64,000 nt of DNA from an uncultured Methylophilaceae bacterium (GTDB taxonomy: Bacteria; Pseudomonadota; Gammaproteobacteria; Burkholderiales; Methylophilaceae), in NCBI GenBank assembly GCA_903870165.1, contig CAIQBW010000021.1, forward strand, positions 6,163 to 70,162. Direction: 5' to 3'. Positions 42,155 through 53,959 of the stretch are shown in pieces. Numbering within the stretch: the stretch's first letter is position 1; each line of letters opens with the position of its first letter. Both the position numbers and the translations under genes were made by a program. A model generated the notes under the pieces. It did not search any database. It was not told the origin of the DNA and was given only the letters and a program-made list of their open reading frames with translations.

Positions 42155-42955
42155 GTGACAACTTTAGCTACAGATCTTAAAGCACATACAGAGCCGCGCT
42201 TACATGGGGAGGCGATTACGTCGCTTCCTCATGATTTGTATATTCCACCTGATGCATTAGAAGTTTATTTGGAGGCTTTTGAAGGCCCTTTAGACTTACT
42301 TCTTTATCTCATTCGCAAACACAATCTCGATATTCTTGATATCCCAATGGCAGAATTAACGCGTCAATACATGGGTTATGTTGAGAAAATGCAGGCCATT
42401 AAATTAGAGTTGGCGGCTGATTATTTGCTCATGTCAGCAATGTTGATTGAGATTAAGTCGCGCATGTTGTTGCCTAAGCCAACGGAAGTAGAGTCCGAGG
42501 ATGACCCTCGAGCTGAGTTGGTGCGTCGTTTGATGGAGTATGAAGCCATTAAACTAGCGGCGCAAAAACTCGATGAGTTACCGCAAGTGGGCGTGGACTT
42601 GATGGTTGCTAATGCGTATTTTGAGAAAATTGTTCAGGTGCAAGCCGCGCAAGTGTCTATGGATGATTTGATGGCAGCTTGGCAAAACGTACTCAAGCGC
42701 GCAAGCCATTTTGCACATCATAAAGTCGGTAAATCAGAGCTCTCAGTGCGTGAACATATGAGCCAAATTTTGCGCAAATTAAAAGAGCAAAACATGATGG
42801 AGTTTTCAGCTTTGTTTGATATTGAGTCTGATGGCATTCCTAAATTGGTGGTGAATTTTTTGGCGATATTGGAGCTTGCCCGAGAAGGTTTGGTGAAGAT
42901 TACCCAGCAAGCCGCTTTTACGCCTATCTACCTGCAAATTAATCAAGGTAGCTAG
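42155..42955 (+). CDS. scpA: Segregation and condensation protein A
   Basis: FEGPLDLLLYLI, EDDPRAELVRRL, FLAILEL. Confidence 0.94.
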   Translation: MTTLATDLKAHTEPRLHGEAITSLPHDLYIPPDALEVYLEAFEGPLDLLLYLIRKHNLDILDIPMAELTRQYMGYVEKMQAIKLELAADYLLMSAMLIEIKSRMLLPKPTEVESEDDPRAELVRRLMEYEAIKLAAQKLDELPQVGVDLMVANAYFEKIVQVQAAQVSMDDLMAAWQNVLKRASHFAHHKVGKSELSVREHMSQILRKLKEQNMMEFSALFDIESDGIPKLVVNFLAILELAREGLVKITQQAAFTPIYLQINQGS

Positions 42956-42957
42956 TG

Positions 42958-43587
42958 ATGGAATCAAAAAATACAACGCAAATGAAGGTCATTCTGGAAG
43001 CGGCCTTGCTGACCAGTCCAAGTCCGTTGTCTTTGGAAGATATGTTGCGTTTATTTTCTGAACGAGTAGAGCGTGCAACCTTGCGTATGTTGCTTGATGA
43101 GCTCAAGCAAGATTGGCAAGCGCGTAATCCCAATAGCATGGAGTTGGTGCAAGTGGCGAGTGGTTGGCGCTTCCAAGCGCTATCTGAGTTAGCGCCTTAT
43201 TTGTCTCGGCTCAATCCGGATCGTCCGCAACGCTACTCGCGGGCGGCCATGGAGACTTTGGCCATTATTGCGTACCGTCAGCCCGTAACGCGAGGCGACA
43301 TTGAAGAGCTTCGTGGCGTGGCGGTCAATCCTAATACCATGCGCCAATTGCAAGAGCGTGATTGGATTGATGTGGTTGGGCAACGTGACGTGCCTGGCCG
43401 TCCTTCATTGTATGCAACCACCAAAACTTTTTTAGATGACCTGAATCTGAAATCACTTGCTGATTTGCCTGCGATGGAAGTTTTTGTTGAGCAACCTTTT
43501 GCTGAAGAAGAAGCTATCTTGGAGGCTTTCCCAGAAACAACCCCGCAAGTTGATTTTCTTGATAACAGCGGCTCGATTGCTGATTAA
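42958..43587 (+). CDS. scpB: Segregation and condensation protein B
   Basis: LEAALL, SRAAMETLAIIAYRQPVTRGDIE..RGV, PGRPSLY.TT..FL. Confidence 0.95.
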   Translation: MESKNTTQMKVILEAALLTSPSPLSLEDMLRLFSERVERATLRMLLDELKQDWQARNPNSMELVQVASGWRFQALSELAPYLSRLNPDRPQRYSRAAMETLAIIAYRQPVTRGDIEELRGVAVNPNTMRQLQERDWIDVVGQRDVPGRPSLYATTKTFLDDLNLKSLADLPAMEVFVEQPFAEEEAILEAFPETTPQVDFLDNSGSIAD

Positions 43588-43665
43588 CATATCAAGCCTA
43601 ATTAAAATATTTAGCTAGGCAATCTGCGGTAAAATTAGCACTATTCAATTATCGAAATATCCAAC

Positions 43666-44901
43666 ATGGCTCGTCCTTTTAAGCAACAGCGTGACCCACA
43701 GCGCACGATCAAGCGCCCAACGACTAATTTCACGCCTATCGCACAAGATCCTGATGCACCACCATTGCCAACTCAGCGTTTGCACAAGCTATTAGCCTTG
43801 GCTGGCTTGGGTTCGCGCCGCGACATGGAAGCCTTGATTGCTAGCGGTCGCGTGACGATTAATGGTCAAGTGGCTACGCAAGGTGCTGGTGTGACGGAAA
43901 ATGACATTGTCCGCGTTGATAGCCGTCCCGTGCGTTTATCGTTTGAGCCTGAATTACCTAAGGTGCTGATTTACCACAAGCCAGAAGGTGAAATTGTGAG
44001 TCAAGACGACCCTGAAGGTCGTGCGAGTGTGTTCGATAAGCTTCCCAAAGTGCGCGGTGCCAAATGGATTGCGATTGGCCGCTTGGATATTAATACTTCT
44101 GGCTTACTTATTTTTACGACATCTGGCGAGCTTGCCAATCACTTTATGCATCCACGTTATGGCGTTGAGCGTGAGTACGCAGTGCGTATTTTTGGTGAGT
44201 TAACGGATGAGCAACTGGCGCAGTTGCGTGTGGGTATTGAACTCGATGATGGTCCTGCAAACTTTGATATTATTAACCCACAAGGTGGCGAAGGTTCTAA
44301 CCATTGGTATCAAGTTGTTTTAACTGAGGGCCGCAATCGCGAAGTGCGTCGTTTGTTTGAGGCGTTTTTAGCACCAGTGAGTCGTTTGATGCGCGTACGT
44401 TTTGGTCCGGTGAATTTACCACCACGCTTGAAGCGCGGCATGATGTTAGAGCTGTCACCGAAAGAAGTGGTTGGTTTGTTGGAGTGGGCTGGTTTGCCAA
44501 CGCCTAGTGGCCCTATGCGCCAACTCACAACCCGTGAAAAAGATAAGCTGGGCACAGCATTTACACCTAAGCCTAAACGTGAAGCGCGTGAGCGTATTGC
44601 CGCGGGCGAACGAAATAAGAGCGAACGTCAAAGTTATTATGAGCGTAATGCACCACCAAGCTTGGCTGAAACTTTGACAGGTACGCAACGTAAGAGTCGT
44701 GGGACTAATTCAGTCGATAAAAAAGCTTCAGAGCGTGCGGCGACAGATAAAGAGAAGTTGGATAGAGCAGATTTTGCGCGAGATAAACGTAATACACGCG
44801 GCAAAACTTCAGCGCCTAAAAAGCCAACTAATCGTCGTATTCGACAAGGGACTGATTTCGTTAAAGCAGGCGAGAAGCCACCAAAACGTCATAAATCCTA
44901 A
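43666..44901 (+). CDS. rluB: 23S rRNA pseudouridine synthase B
   Basis: S4 domain (RLHKLLA..GLGSRR), GRLDINTSG, EGRNREVRR; scpB-rluB synteny; long basic C-terminal tail. Confidence 0.92.
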   Translation: MARPFKQQRDPQRTIKRPTTNFTPIAQDPDAPPLPTQRLHKLLALAGLGSRRDMEALIASGRVTINGQVATQGAGVTENDIVRVDSRPVRLSFEPELPKVLIYHKPEGEIVSQDDPEGRASVFDKLPKVRGAKWIAIGRLDINTSGLLIFTTSGELANHFMHPRYGVEREYAVRIFGELTDEQLAQLRVGIELDDGPANFDIINPQGGEGSNHWYQVVLTEGRNREVRRLFEAFLAPVSRLMRVRFGPVNLPPRLKRGMMLELSPKEVVGLLEWAGLPTPSGPMRQLTTREKDKLGTAFTPKPKREARERIAAGERNKSERQSYYERNAPPSLAETLTGTQRKSRGTNSVDKKASERAATDKEKLDRADFARDKRNTRGKTSAPKKPTNRRIRQGTDFVKAGEKPPKRHKS

Positions 44902-44927
44902 GCCCCTTTAGGCATAGAATTTAGGTC

Positions 44928-45827
44928 TTAGGCAGGTAGTTGTTCTTTTGTCAGTAGGAAAACGAATTGATTGCCAGATTCCACTTCTAGCCAAGTGAAT
45001 GGCACATCAGGGTAAGCTTCAAGTAAAGCATCTCTGTTATGGCCGATTTCAACAATCAACAAGCCGCCATCATTCAGATATTTACCAGCTTCATTGAGTA
45101 AAGTGTGTGTATGGTCTAAACCATCGGTGCCGCTACCCAATGCGATTTGTGGTTCATTGCGATATTCTTTTGGCAACAGCGCCATGGACGGCGCATCTAC
45201 ATAAGGTGGATTACTGATAATCAAATCGTAGGTTCTGCCAGCAAGTGCTGTAAACATATCTGATTGAATCGCGGTAATTTGCTCTTCAAGGCCGTAGTTT
45301 TTGATGTTGATGTTAGACACAGCAATCGCGTCAGGTGAAATATCAACTACATCTACAGTCGCATTCGGGAAGGCATGTGCTAGCAACACGCCCAAACAGC
45401 CACTGCCCGTGCAAATATCTGCTGCACTTTCCACCATTTCTTGATATTCAATCCAAGGATGTAATCCATTCTCAAGCAATTCAGCAATAAATGAGCGTGG
45501 CACAATCACGCGTTCATCCACGTAAAACTTAAAGCCTCTTAACCAAGCTTCACGCAATAAATATGCAGTTGGTGTGCGGTCTGTGACACGGCGCTCAATT
45601 AGGTGGGCCAAATGCTTTGCTTCATCTTTGGTCACTCGAGCATCTAAAAAGTTGTCTAGCGTGTCCAAAGGCAAGTGAAGTGCGCTCATCACGAGCCACA
45701 CGCTTTCGTCATAAGCATTGTCAGTACCGTGGCCAAAAAACACTTCGGCCTCTTCTAAACGGCTCATGCTAAAACGCACCCAATCCCTTATGGTGAGTAA
45801 AGCTTCGGTGATGTGATTAGGCGTCAT
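44928..45827 (-). CDS. prmB: Ribosomal protein L3 N5-glutamine methyltransferase
   Basis: FGHGTDNA, DERVIVPRSFIAE, DICTGSGC, NPPY; start at MTPNH. Confidence 0.95.
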   Translation of the reverse strand: MTPNHITEALLTIRDWVRFSMSRLEEAEVFFGHGTDNAYDESVWLVMSALHLPLDTLDNFLDARVTKDEAKHLAHLIERRVTDRTPTAYLLREAWLRGFKFYVDERVIVPRSFIAELLENGLHPWIEYQEMVESAADICTGSGCLGVLLAHAFPNATVDVVDISPDAIAVSNINIKNYGLEEQITAIQSDMFTALAGRTYDLIISNPPYVDAPSMALLPKEYRNEPQIALGSGTDGLDHTHTLLNEAGKYLNDGGLLIVEIGHNRDALLEAYPDVPFTWLEVESGNQFVFLLTKEQLPA

Positions 45828-45918
45828 GTTGGTCTTTCGATTTCTTGTTTGGTTTTGATGCACGTGAGAGTAGCCATATTAGGCCGCCAGCAACGATGAA
45901 TACGATAATAAGCTCCAT
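45817..45918 (-). CDS. Unannotated 33-aa single-pass membrane microprotein
   Basis: Hand translation MELIIVFIVAGGLIWLLSRASKPNKKSKDQHDA*; fills the dapE-prmB gap and overlaps the prmB start by 11 nt. Confidence 0.6.
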   Translation of the reverse strand: MELIIVFIVAGGLIWLLSRASKPNKKSKDQHDA

Positions 45919-45936
45919 GTCTTAGTCGGAGGCTTG

Positions 45937-47426
<1,490 letters not shown>

Positions 47427-47464
47427 GAGAGATATTTTAACAGTAAAAGCAGCGCTATAAAGCA

Positions 47465-47488
47465 AAACAGCCCACTAAGGGGCTGTTT
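47465..47488 (-). terminator. Intrinsic terminator after dapD
   Basis: AAACAGCCC...GGGCTGTTT followed by U residues on the minus strand. Confidence 0.75.
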
Positions 47489-47508
47489 GTACAGAAGGCG
47501 AAAGTGAA

Positions 47509-48336
47509 TTAAATGCCGCGCAATAATTCGTTAATGCCTACTTTTCCTAAAGTCTTTTCATCTACCTTTTTAACAATCACAGCGCAGTAAAGGCTATAGC
47601 TACCATCTTTAGATGGCAGATTGCCAGATACAACTACAGAGCCTTTTGGCACGCGACCGTATGTCACTGAACCTGTCTCGCGGTCGTAAATTTTTGTAGA
47701 TTGGCCAATGTACACGCCCATTGAAATCACGCAGTTGTCTTCAACGACAACGCCTTCAACTACTTCAGAACGTGCGCCAATAAAACAGTTGTCACCAATG
47801 ATGGTTGGACCTGCTTGAACAGGCTCTAATACGCCGCCAATGCCTACACCGCCAGATAAGTGTACATTTTTACCGATTTGTGCGCATGAACCAACAGTTG
47901 CCCATGTGTCAACCATGGTGCCCTCGCCAACATATGCGCCAATATTGACGTATGACGGCATTAATACTGCATTTTTGCCAATGAATGAGCCGCGACGAAC
48001 AATCGCATTTGGCACAACGCGGAAACCGCCAGCTTTGAAGTCTTCTTCGGTGTAATCAGCAAATTTTGGGGGCACTTTATCAAAATACTGGGTGCAGCCG
48101 CCATCCATCAGAACGTTGTCTTGTAAGCGGAATGAAAGCAATACTGCTTTTTTTAGCCATTGGTGTGTTTCCCATTCTTGGCTGTCACCTTTGCGTGAAG
48201 CTACGCGTAATTTACCTGCATCCAAATCAGCCAGCACACTAGCGATTGCTTCTTTAAGCTCTGCTGAAGCATTGCTTGGGTTAATGTCGGCGCGACGCTC
48301 AAAAGCGTCTTCAATGATGGTTTGCAATTGGCTCAT
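47509..48336 (-). CDS. dapD: Tetrahydrodipicolinate N-succinyltransferase
   Basis: [53 protein letters not shown]. Confidence 0.97.
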   Translation of the reverse strand: MSQLQTIIEDAFERRADINPSNASAELKEAIASVLADLDAGKLRVASRKGDSQEWETHQWLKKAVLLSFRLQDNVLMDGGCTQYFDKVPPKFADYTEEDFKAGGFRVVPNAIVRRGSFIGKNAVLMPSYVNIGAYVGEGTMVDTWATVGSCAQIGKNVHLSGGVGIGGVLEPVQAGPTIIGDNCFIGARSEVVEGVVVEDNCVISMGVYIGQSTKIYDRETGSVTYGRVPKGSVVVSGNLPSKDGSYSLYCAVIVKKVDEKTLGKVGINELLRGI

Positions 48337-48438
48337 GAAAAATTCCGATAGTTTAAAAATTAGTGTATAAATATTAGTGTAAACAAATTTAAGTGCGGCA
48401 TTTTACCTGATTCTGTTAGTTTGAAGCAGGTAATGAAC

Positions 48439-49278
48439 TTATTTGCTTGTTTTTGCTTGTTCGTAAAGAGGCATCACCGTTGGGATGAGTTTAGATAAAT
48501 CATCAATACGTGTCTTGTCAGAAGGGTGGTCGCTTAAAAATTCAGCAGGTTTTTTGCCTCCTGATTGTGCCATTTTGGTCCAAAGGCTAATAGCTGCATT
48601 AGGGTTGTAACCAGCGCGTGCGGCCAACTCTAAGCCCATACGGTCGGCTTCTGTTTCTTGTGTGCGTGAGTTTGGAAGTGCAAAGAAGAGTTGAGTACCC
48701 ATCGTAGCTCCACCCAAAGCTAAACCTGTTGCGGCATTTTTCGTAGAGCCAATCACTGCCGCCAGTAAGGCTAATCCGCCCTGCTGAGCATAAGCGAGCG
48801 ACATACGTTCACGACTATGCTCACGAAGGGCATGGCTAATTTCGTGGCCAATGACCGCTGCTAGTTCATCATCTGTGGCTTGTAGCTTATCAATTAGTCC
48901 AGTGAATACCATAATTTTGCCCCCCGGCATGCAATAGGCATTTACTTGGTCGTTCTTTTCAACGTTTACTTCCCATTTCCAATTGGCTGCATCTGCACGG
49001 AAAACTGGAGTTTGTTTAATTAGGCGGTCTGAAATAGCACGAACGCGTGCAAGGACAGCAGGGTCAGTGTTAAGCGTTTTTTTATCGTTGGCAGTTTTGA
49101 GTGTTTGGGAGTAACTCGCTAAAGTCATGCTCTCTACTTGTTTGCTAGAAAGCATCATGAACTGTTTTCGTTCTACCCCCACAGAGCCTTTGTTAGTCGT
49201 TGTTGCGCAGCCAAATAATTGGCTAGCGATAAAGCTAATAACTAAAATAGATATAAATTTAGTACTTAATCTTTTCAT
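48439..49278 (-). CDS. M48 family metallopeptidase lipoprotein
   Basis: LFGC lipobox, NAYCMPGG, HEISH, E.EAD..G, FLSDHP. Confidence 0.92.
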   Translation of the reverse strand: MKRLSTKFISILVISFIASQLFGCATTTNKGSVGVERKQFMMLSSKQVESMTLASYSQTLKTANDKKTLNTDPAVLARVRAISDRLIKQTPVFRADAANWKWEVNVEKNDQVNAYCMPGGKIMVFTGLIDKLQATDDELAAVIGHEISHALREHSRERMSLAYAQQGGLALLAAVIGSTKNAATGLALGGATMGTQLFFALPNSRTQETEADRMGLELAARAGYNPNAAISLWTKMAQSGGKKPAEFLSDHPSDKTRIDDLSKLIPTVMPLYEQAKTSK

Positions 49279-49303
49279 GATTTAATTTTTTAAATCTTTA
49301 TTG

Positions 49304-51187
49304 TTAGAAGCTGACTTGCGAGCCAAGTTCAACGACGCGGTTAGGCGGTAGTTTAAATTGGTTGGTAATGGTTTCGGCGGATCTAAATAAGCCGATGAAA
49401 ATTTTCTTGCGCCAAAACGTCATTTCTGGGCTTTCGCAAGCAATTAGAATTTCTTTACCCACGAAGAAAGACGTATCCATCGCGTCTAGCGTTAGGCCCT
49501 GAGGAGCGCATAACTCTAAGTCACGTGGCAAATCAGGTTCATCTTTGAAACCGTAATTAACTGTCACGCGGTAGAACTCATGAGGTAGCTTTTCTACGAC
49601 AACCAAATCCTCTTTAGGGGCGTGAGGAAAGTCTGAGAATTTGACTGTCAATATTACTACTTTTTCATGCAGTACCTTATTGTGTTTCAGGTTATGTAAC
49701 ATAGCATGCGGAACGCCATCAGGATTTGGAGTCATGAATAATGCAGTGCCTGGAACGCGGGCAGGAGGATGCTGACCAATTGCTTCGATAAATGGGGTTA
49801 ATTCCATTGCCTCATTTTTTAAATGCTTGTAAAGAAGTGAACGTCCAGTTTTCCAAGTAATCATGAGGGTATATATAAGAATCCCAATGATTAATGGAAC
49901 CCATCCGCCATCTGGAATTTTGAGTAAGGTTGCACCGAAAAATGCGATGTCTATAGAAAGAAAGATGAGAATTAATAAGCCTGTTCGGTATTTGCCCCAT
50001 CCCCAAATTTTATAGAAAACAAAACCTGCAAGAAGAGATGTAATGACCATATTGCCAGTAACTGCGATGCCGTAAGCTGCCGCTAAATTGCCTGATGATT
50101 TGAATCCTACTACCAATGCCATAACAGCTAACATTAAGCCCCAATTGATGCGAGGCATGTAAATTTGGCCTTCCTGACTTTCGGAAGTGTGCTCTACATG
50201 CATGCGTGGAAGGTAGCCAAGCTGTAATGCTTGTCGTGAAATTGAATACGCGCCAGTAATTACAGCTTGAGATGCAATGACGGTTGCCACGGTTGATAAA
50301 ATAATCATTGGGAACAGCATCCATTCGGGTGCTAGCAAATAAAATGGGTTTTTGATCGCTTCATGATCGCTCAGTAATAAAGCGCCTTGGCCAAAGTAAT
50401 TTAAAATTAAGGCAGGTAATACGAGTAAGGTCCAGCCAAGTCGAACTGGTGCACGTCCAAAGTGGCCCATGTCAGCATATAGCGCCTCCGCGCCTGTCAC
50501 ACACAAAACAACAGACCCTAAAGCCACAAAACCAAGCCAAGGGTCGAGTTGGAAAAAGTGAATGCCATAAATTGGATTAAGTGCATAAAGCACAGATGGG
50601 TTTTGAATAATACTATTAAAGCCAAGGGTTCCTAATACGCCAAACCAAATAAGCATAATTGGGCCAAAAAACGCACCAACAATCGCTGTCCCTTTGCTTT
50701 GCGCCCAAAATAAACCGAAAAGTACTATTAATGTAAAAGGAATAATCAGTGGGTGTAGTGCTGGGGTCGCGATTTCCATCCCTTCTACTGCAGAAAGTAC
50801 AGAAATGGCTGGCGTGATAATTCCATCAGCATAGAACATACAAGCACCTAAAATACCTAGTAGCATAATGCCGTGTTGCTCTTTTAAATTGCTGCCTGTT
50901 TTTCTAATTGCAAGCGCCAAAAGCGCCATAATGCCGCCTTCACCTCGGTTGTCAGCACGCATAATGAATGCAACATACTTGAGTGAAACCACCATAATTA
51001 ATGACCAGGCAATTAGAGAAAGGATGCCCAAAATATTGGCTTCATTGAGACCAACTGGATGCTTGCCTGCAGAGAAAATTTCGTGAATGGTGTAAAGCGG
51101 ACTTGTTCCAATATCGCCAAACACAACGCCAAGAGCGGCTAGGGTTAATGTGGAAAGTTTGGTTTTATTGCCAGAGGAGGATGACAT
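49304..51187 (-). CDS. kup: Potassium transporter Kup
   Basis: GVVFGDIGTSPLY, GEGG, ITPAISVLSAVEG, GAEALYADMGHF, VVELG. Confidence 0.96.
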   Translation of the reverse strand: MSSSSGNKTKLSTLTLAALGVVFGDIGTSPLYTIHEIFSAGKHPVGLNEANILGILSLIAWSLIMVVSLKYVAFIMRADNRGEGGIMALLALAIRKTGSNLKEQHGIMLLGILGACMFYADGIITPAISVLSAVEGMEIATPALHPLIIPFTLIVLFGLFWAQSKGTAIVGAFFGPIMLIWFGVLGTLGFNSIIQNPSVLYALNPIYGIHFFQLDPWLGFVALGSVVLCVTGAEALYADMGHFGRAPVRLGWTLLVLPALILNYFGQGALLLSDHEAIKNPFYLLAPEWMLFPMIILSTVATVIASQAVITGAYSISRQALQLGYLPRMHVEHTSESQEGQIYMPRINWGLMLAVMALVVGFKSSGNLAAAYGIAVTGNMVITSLLAGFVFYKIWGWGKYRTGLLILIFLSIDIAFFGATLLKIPDGGWVPLIIGILIYTLMITWKTGRSLLYKHLKNEAMELTPFIEAIGQHPPARVPGTALFMTPNPDGVPHAMLHNLKHNKVLHEKVVILTVKFSDFPHAPKEDLVVVEKLPHEFYRVTVNYGFKDEPDLPRDLELCAPQGLTLDAMDTSFFVGKEILIACESPEMTFWRKKIFIGLFRSAETITNQFKLPPNRVVELGSQVSF

Positions 51188-51280
51188 TAACAATCAGCTT
51201 TAGGACATAAAATAGTATTATCAATCAAGTTCAGCGCTAATCCAATAGCAGAATGACAATCGCTAGCTACTAAATATTTT

Positions 51281-52495
51281 TTATGAAGTTTTTGAGACAA
51301 CAGCTTCAGCCTCGCCAACACCAAATCTAAGATTAATTGTATCGCCAGCTTTGATTTGTCCGCTGTTGTTAATGATTTGACCCTCTTTTGTTTGGGCAAA
51401 GGCATAGCCACGCGTTAGTATCGCTTGAGGGTTGAGGTGATGTAAGTTTTGCTCGATTTGGCTGAGGTTGTTTTGTTGGTGTTGTAATTGTTGTTTGATG
51501 CTTAAACTCAGTCTGTGAGAAAGTTGCGCCACTTTTTGTTTTTGTTGAGCAATTTGTTGCGATGGTGACACGAGGCGACGCGCCAAATAATCCAGCATCT
51601 GAGCCCTTTGCATGAGGCTATTGACGCTTATTCTGTTGAGTTGCAAGCCTAGCTGTTTAAGTTTGTTTAATAACGATTCGCGAGATGGGGATGCAAGTTC
51701 TGCCGCCGCCGTTGGCGTTGCTGCGCGCGTGTCGGCAACAAAGTCACAAATCGTAAAATCTGTTTCGTGTCCCACACCGCTAATAGTAGGAATGCGGCAA
51801 TTGGCAATTGCTCTAGCAACGACCTCTTCATTGAATTGCCATAAATCTTCCATGCTGCCACCACCACGACAAATAATCAGCACATCACATTCGTTTCTAA
51901 GGTGGGCGCTATTAATTGCATTGGCGATTTGTGTTGCCACTCCTTTGCCTTGGACTGGCGTTGGGTAAATGACCACGGGGATGCTAGGCATACGGCGCCT
52001 AAGCGTTGTGAGTACGTCATGCAATGCAGCCGCATCAGGTGATGTAACAATGCCAATTTGTTTTGGGTGGGCTGGAATAGTTTGTTTGAAAGCGGGGTCA
52101 AAGAGACCTTCTAGTTGCAACTTGGCTTTGAGTTTTTCAAAGGCTTCAAATAATGCGCCTGCGCCAGCACGTTGCAAAAACTCAATGGTGAGTTGAAAGC
52201 TACCGCGTGCTTCGTAGATTGTTACTAATGCGCGTGCTTCAACTTTGTCACCCTCTTTGGGCGTCCAGTCTAAATAAGTATTTCGTCCACGAAACATCAC
52301 GCAACTGACTTGTGCGCTAGCATCTTTAAGTGAAAAATACCAATGGCCTGAAGCCGCGCGGGTGAGGTTGGAAATTTCGCCCGATACCCAAAATAGCGGA
52401 AAGCTTTGCTCGAGCACTTCTTTTGCCAAACGATTAAGTTCGCTGACGGTAAGCACTTTCGGTGAAGTAATACTCGCTTGTTCTGTGTCTATCAT
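51281..52495 (-). CDS. xseA: Exodeoxyribonuclease VII large subunit
   Basis: GEISN, SGHWYFSLKD, RGGGS.EDLW.FN, GVGHETD, TPTAAAE. Confidence 0.96.
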   Translation of the reverse strand: MIDTEQASITSPKVLTVSELNRLAKEVLEQSFPLFWVSGEISNLTRAASGHWYFSLKDASAQVSCVMFRGRNTYLDWTPKEGDKVEARALVTIYEARGSFQLTIEFLQRAGAGALFEAFEKLKAKLQLEGLFDPAFKQTIPAHPKQIGIVTSPDAAALHDVLTTLRRRMPSIPVVIYPTPVQGKGVATQIANAINSAHLRNECDVLIICRGGGSMEDLWQFNEEVVARAIANCRIPTISGVGHETDFTICDFVADTRAATPTAAAELASPSRESLLNKLKQLGLQLNRISVNSLMQRAQMLDYLARRLVSPSQQIAQQKQKVAQLSHRLSLSIKQQLQHQQNNLSQIEQNLHHLNPQAILTRGYAFAQTKEGQIINNSGQIKAGDTINLRFGVGEAEAVVSKTS

Positions 52496-52561
52496 TGGGG
52501 TTTATCCGTTACAATCTAACTAATTCTTATCGTTCATTATAACGTGGAGATTCGGTCTCAA

Positions 52562-53062
52562 ATGTTGAATAAATTTTTAGCCAGTCGTTTAGCCTATTTT
52601 GTTGGATTTTTCGCGAGTTTTGGCCTTGTGGCATTGGCTTTGGTAATTCAAACTCAATACAAATTAGAGCCTTGTCCGCTCTGCATTTCCCAGCGCATTG
52701 TGTTCATAGGCTTAGGCGTGTTGTTTTTAATTGCTGCAATTCATCATCCGCAAAAGCCAGTTTGGGTAAAGCTATACGCTTTATTGCAAACACTCACGGC
52801 CCTTGGCGGTGCTGGCGTCGCTATTCGTCATTGGTATTTGCAAGTCCATAAAGATGAAATGTTGGTGGATTGTGGCGTTGGTTTTGATTATATGTTCGAT
52901 AATTTTCCGCTCAGAAAAGCCCTCACATTAGTTTTTCGTGGCACAGGCGATTGTGCCACGATTGATTGGACGTTTTTAGGATTGAGTATTCCGCAATTGG
53001 CTTTAATCGCCTTTTTGACTGTTGCGGGCTATTCGGTGTTATTGGCCAAAAAACGAATTTAG
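52562..53062 (+). CDS. dsbB: Disulfide bond formation protein B
   Basis: EPCPLCISQR, second Cys pair (DCG, GDC), four TM helices. Confidence 0.93.
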   Translation: MLNKFLASRLAYFVGFFASFGLVALALVIQTQYKLEPCPLCISQRIVFIGLGVLFLIAAIHHPQKPVWVKLYALLQTLTALGGAGVAIRHWYLQVHKDEMLVDCGVGFDYMFDNFPLRKALTLVFRGTGDCATIDWTFLGLSIPQLALIAFLTVAGYSVLLAKKRI

Positions 53063-53071
53063 AAGAATTGT

Positions 53072-53959
53072 ATGTATAAATATTTAGAAAATTTTGTTGG
53101 TAATACGCCTTTAGTTAAATTAAAACGTATGCCAGGCAATACCAGCAATACGATTTTGGTGAAGTTAGAAGGCAATAACCCTGCGGGCTCTGTTAAAGAC
53201 CGTCCAGCTTTATCTATGATTACGCGTGCTGAAGCGCGCGGCGATATTAAACCTGGTGACACGCTAATTGAAGCAACCTCTGGAAATACCGGTATCGCAT
53301 TGGCGATGGCGGCGGCGATGAAGGGCTACAAAATGTTATTGGTGATGCCTGAGAATCAGAGTGTAGAGCGACGCCAAACTATGAAAGCTTTTGGTGCGGA
53401 ATTATTGCTGACGCCTAAAGATGGCAGTATGGAATTGGCGCGTGATGTGGCGATGAAGCTTCAAGCGGAAGGCGAGGGTATTGTGCTCGACCAATTCGGT
53501 AATCCAGACAACCCATTGGCCCATTATGAAGGCACTGGCCCTGAGATTTGGCGCGATACCGAAGGCAAGATCACGCACTTCGTTGCCAGCATGGGCACCA
53601 CGGGAACCATTATGGGTACTTCAAGATTTTTAAAAGAACAAAATCCAAATATCAAAATTATTGGTGTGCAGCCTGAAGAGGGTGCGCAAATTCCGGGGAT
53701 TCGTAAATGGCCTGAAGAATATTTGCCGACAATTTACAACGCCAAAAATGTCGATGAGTTGATTTATGTGAGCCAAGCGAATGCTGAGAAAACCACAAGG
53801 CGTTTGGCGGCTGAAGAGGGTATCTTTGCTGGTATCTCATCTGGCGGCGGGTTATATGCGGCCTTGCAACTTTCTAAGCAATTAGAAAATGCTGTAATTG
53901 TTTCAATTGTTTGTGATCGTGGCGACCGTTACTTATCCACCGGCGTTTTCCCATCATGA
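53072..53959 (+). CDS. cysM: Cysteine synthase B
   Basis: GNNPAGSVKDR, TSGNTG, MGTTGT, IPGIRKW, DRGDRYLS. Confidence 0.95.
   Translation: MYKYLENFVGNTPLVKLKRMPGNTSNTILVKLEGNNPAGSVKDRPALSMITRAEARGDIKPGDTLIEATSGNTGIALAMAAAMKGYKMLLVMPENQSVERRQTMKAFGAELLLTPKDGSMELARDVAMKLQAEGEGIVLDQFGNPDNPLAHYEGTGPEIWRDTEGKITHFVASMGTTGTIMGTSRFLKEQNPNIKIIGVQPEEGAQIPGIRKWPEEYLPTIYNAKNVDELIYVSQANAEKTTRRLAAEEGIFAGISSGGGLYAALQLSKQLENAVIVSIVCDRGDRYLSTGVFPS

Noticed and set aside
48356-48396. Short direct repeat ATTAGTGTA x2 upstream of dapD
   Set aside because: Two copies in AT-rich DNA; not CRISPR-like or iteron-like and plausible by chance
51194-51280. GCGCUGAA upstream of kup resembling the start of a ydaO/c-di-AMP riboswitch
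   Set aside because: The interval is too short and AT-rich and the other conserved stems are absent
51187-51411. 74-aa ORF ending in a TAATG overlap with kup
   Set aside because: More than half lies out of frame inside xseA, with no credible independent start or RBS
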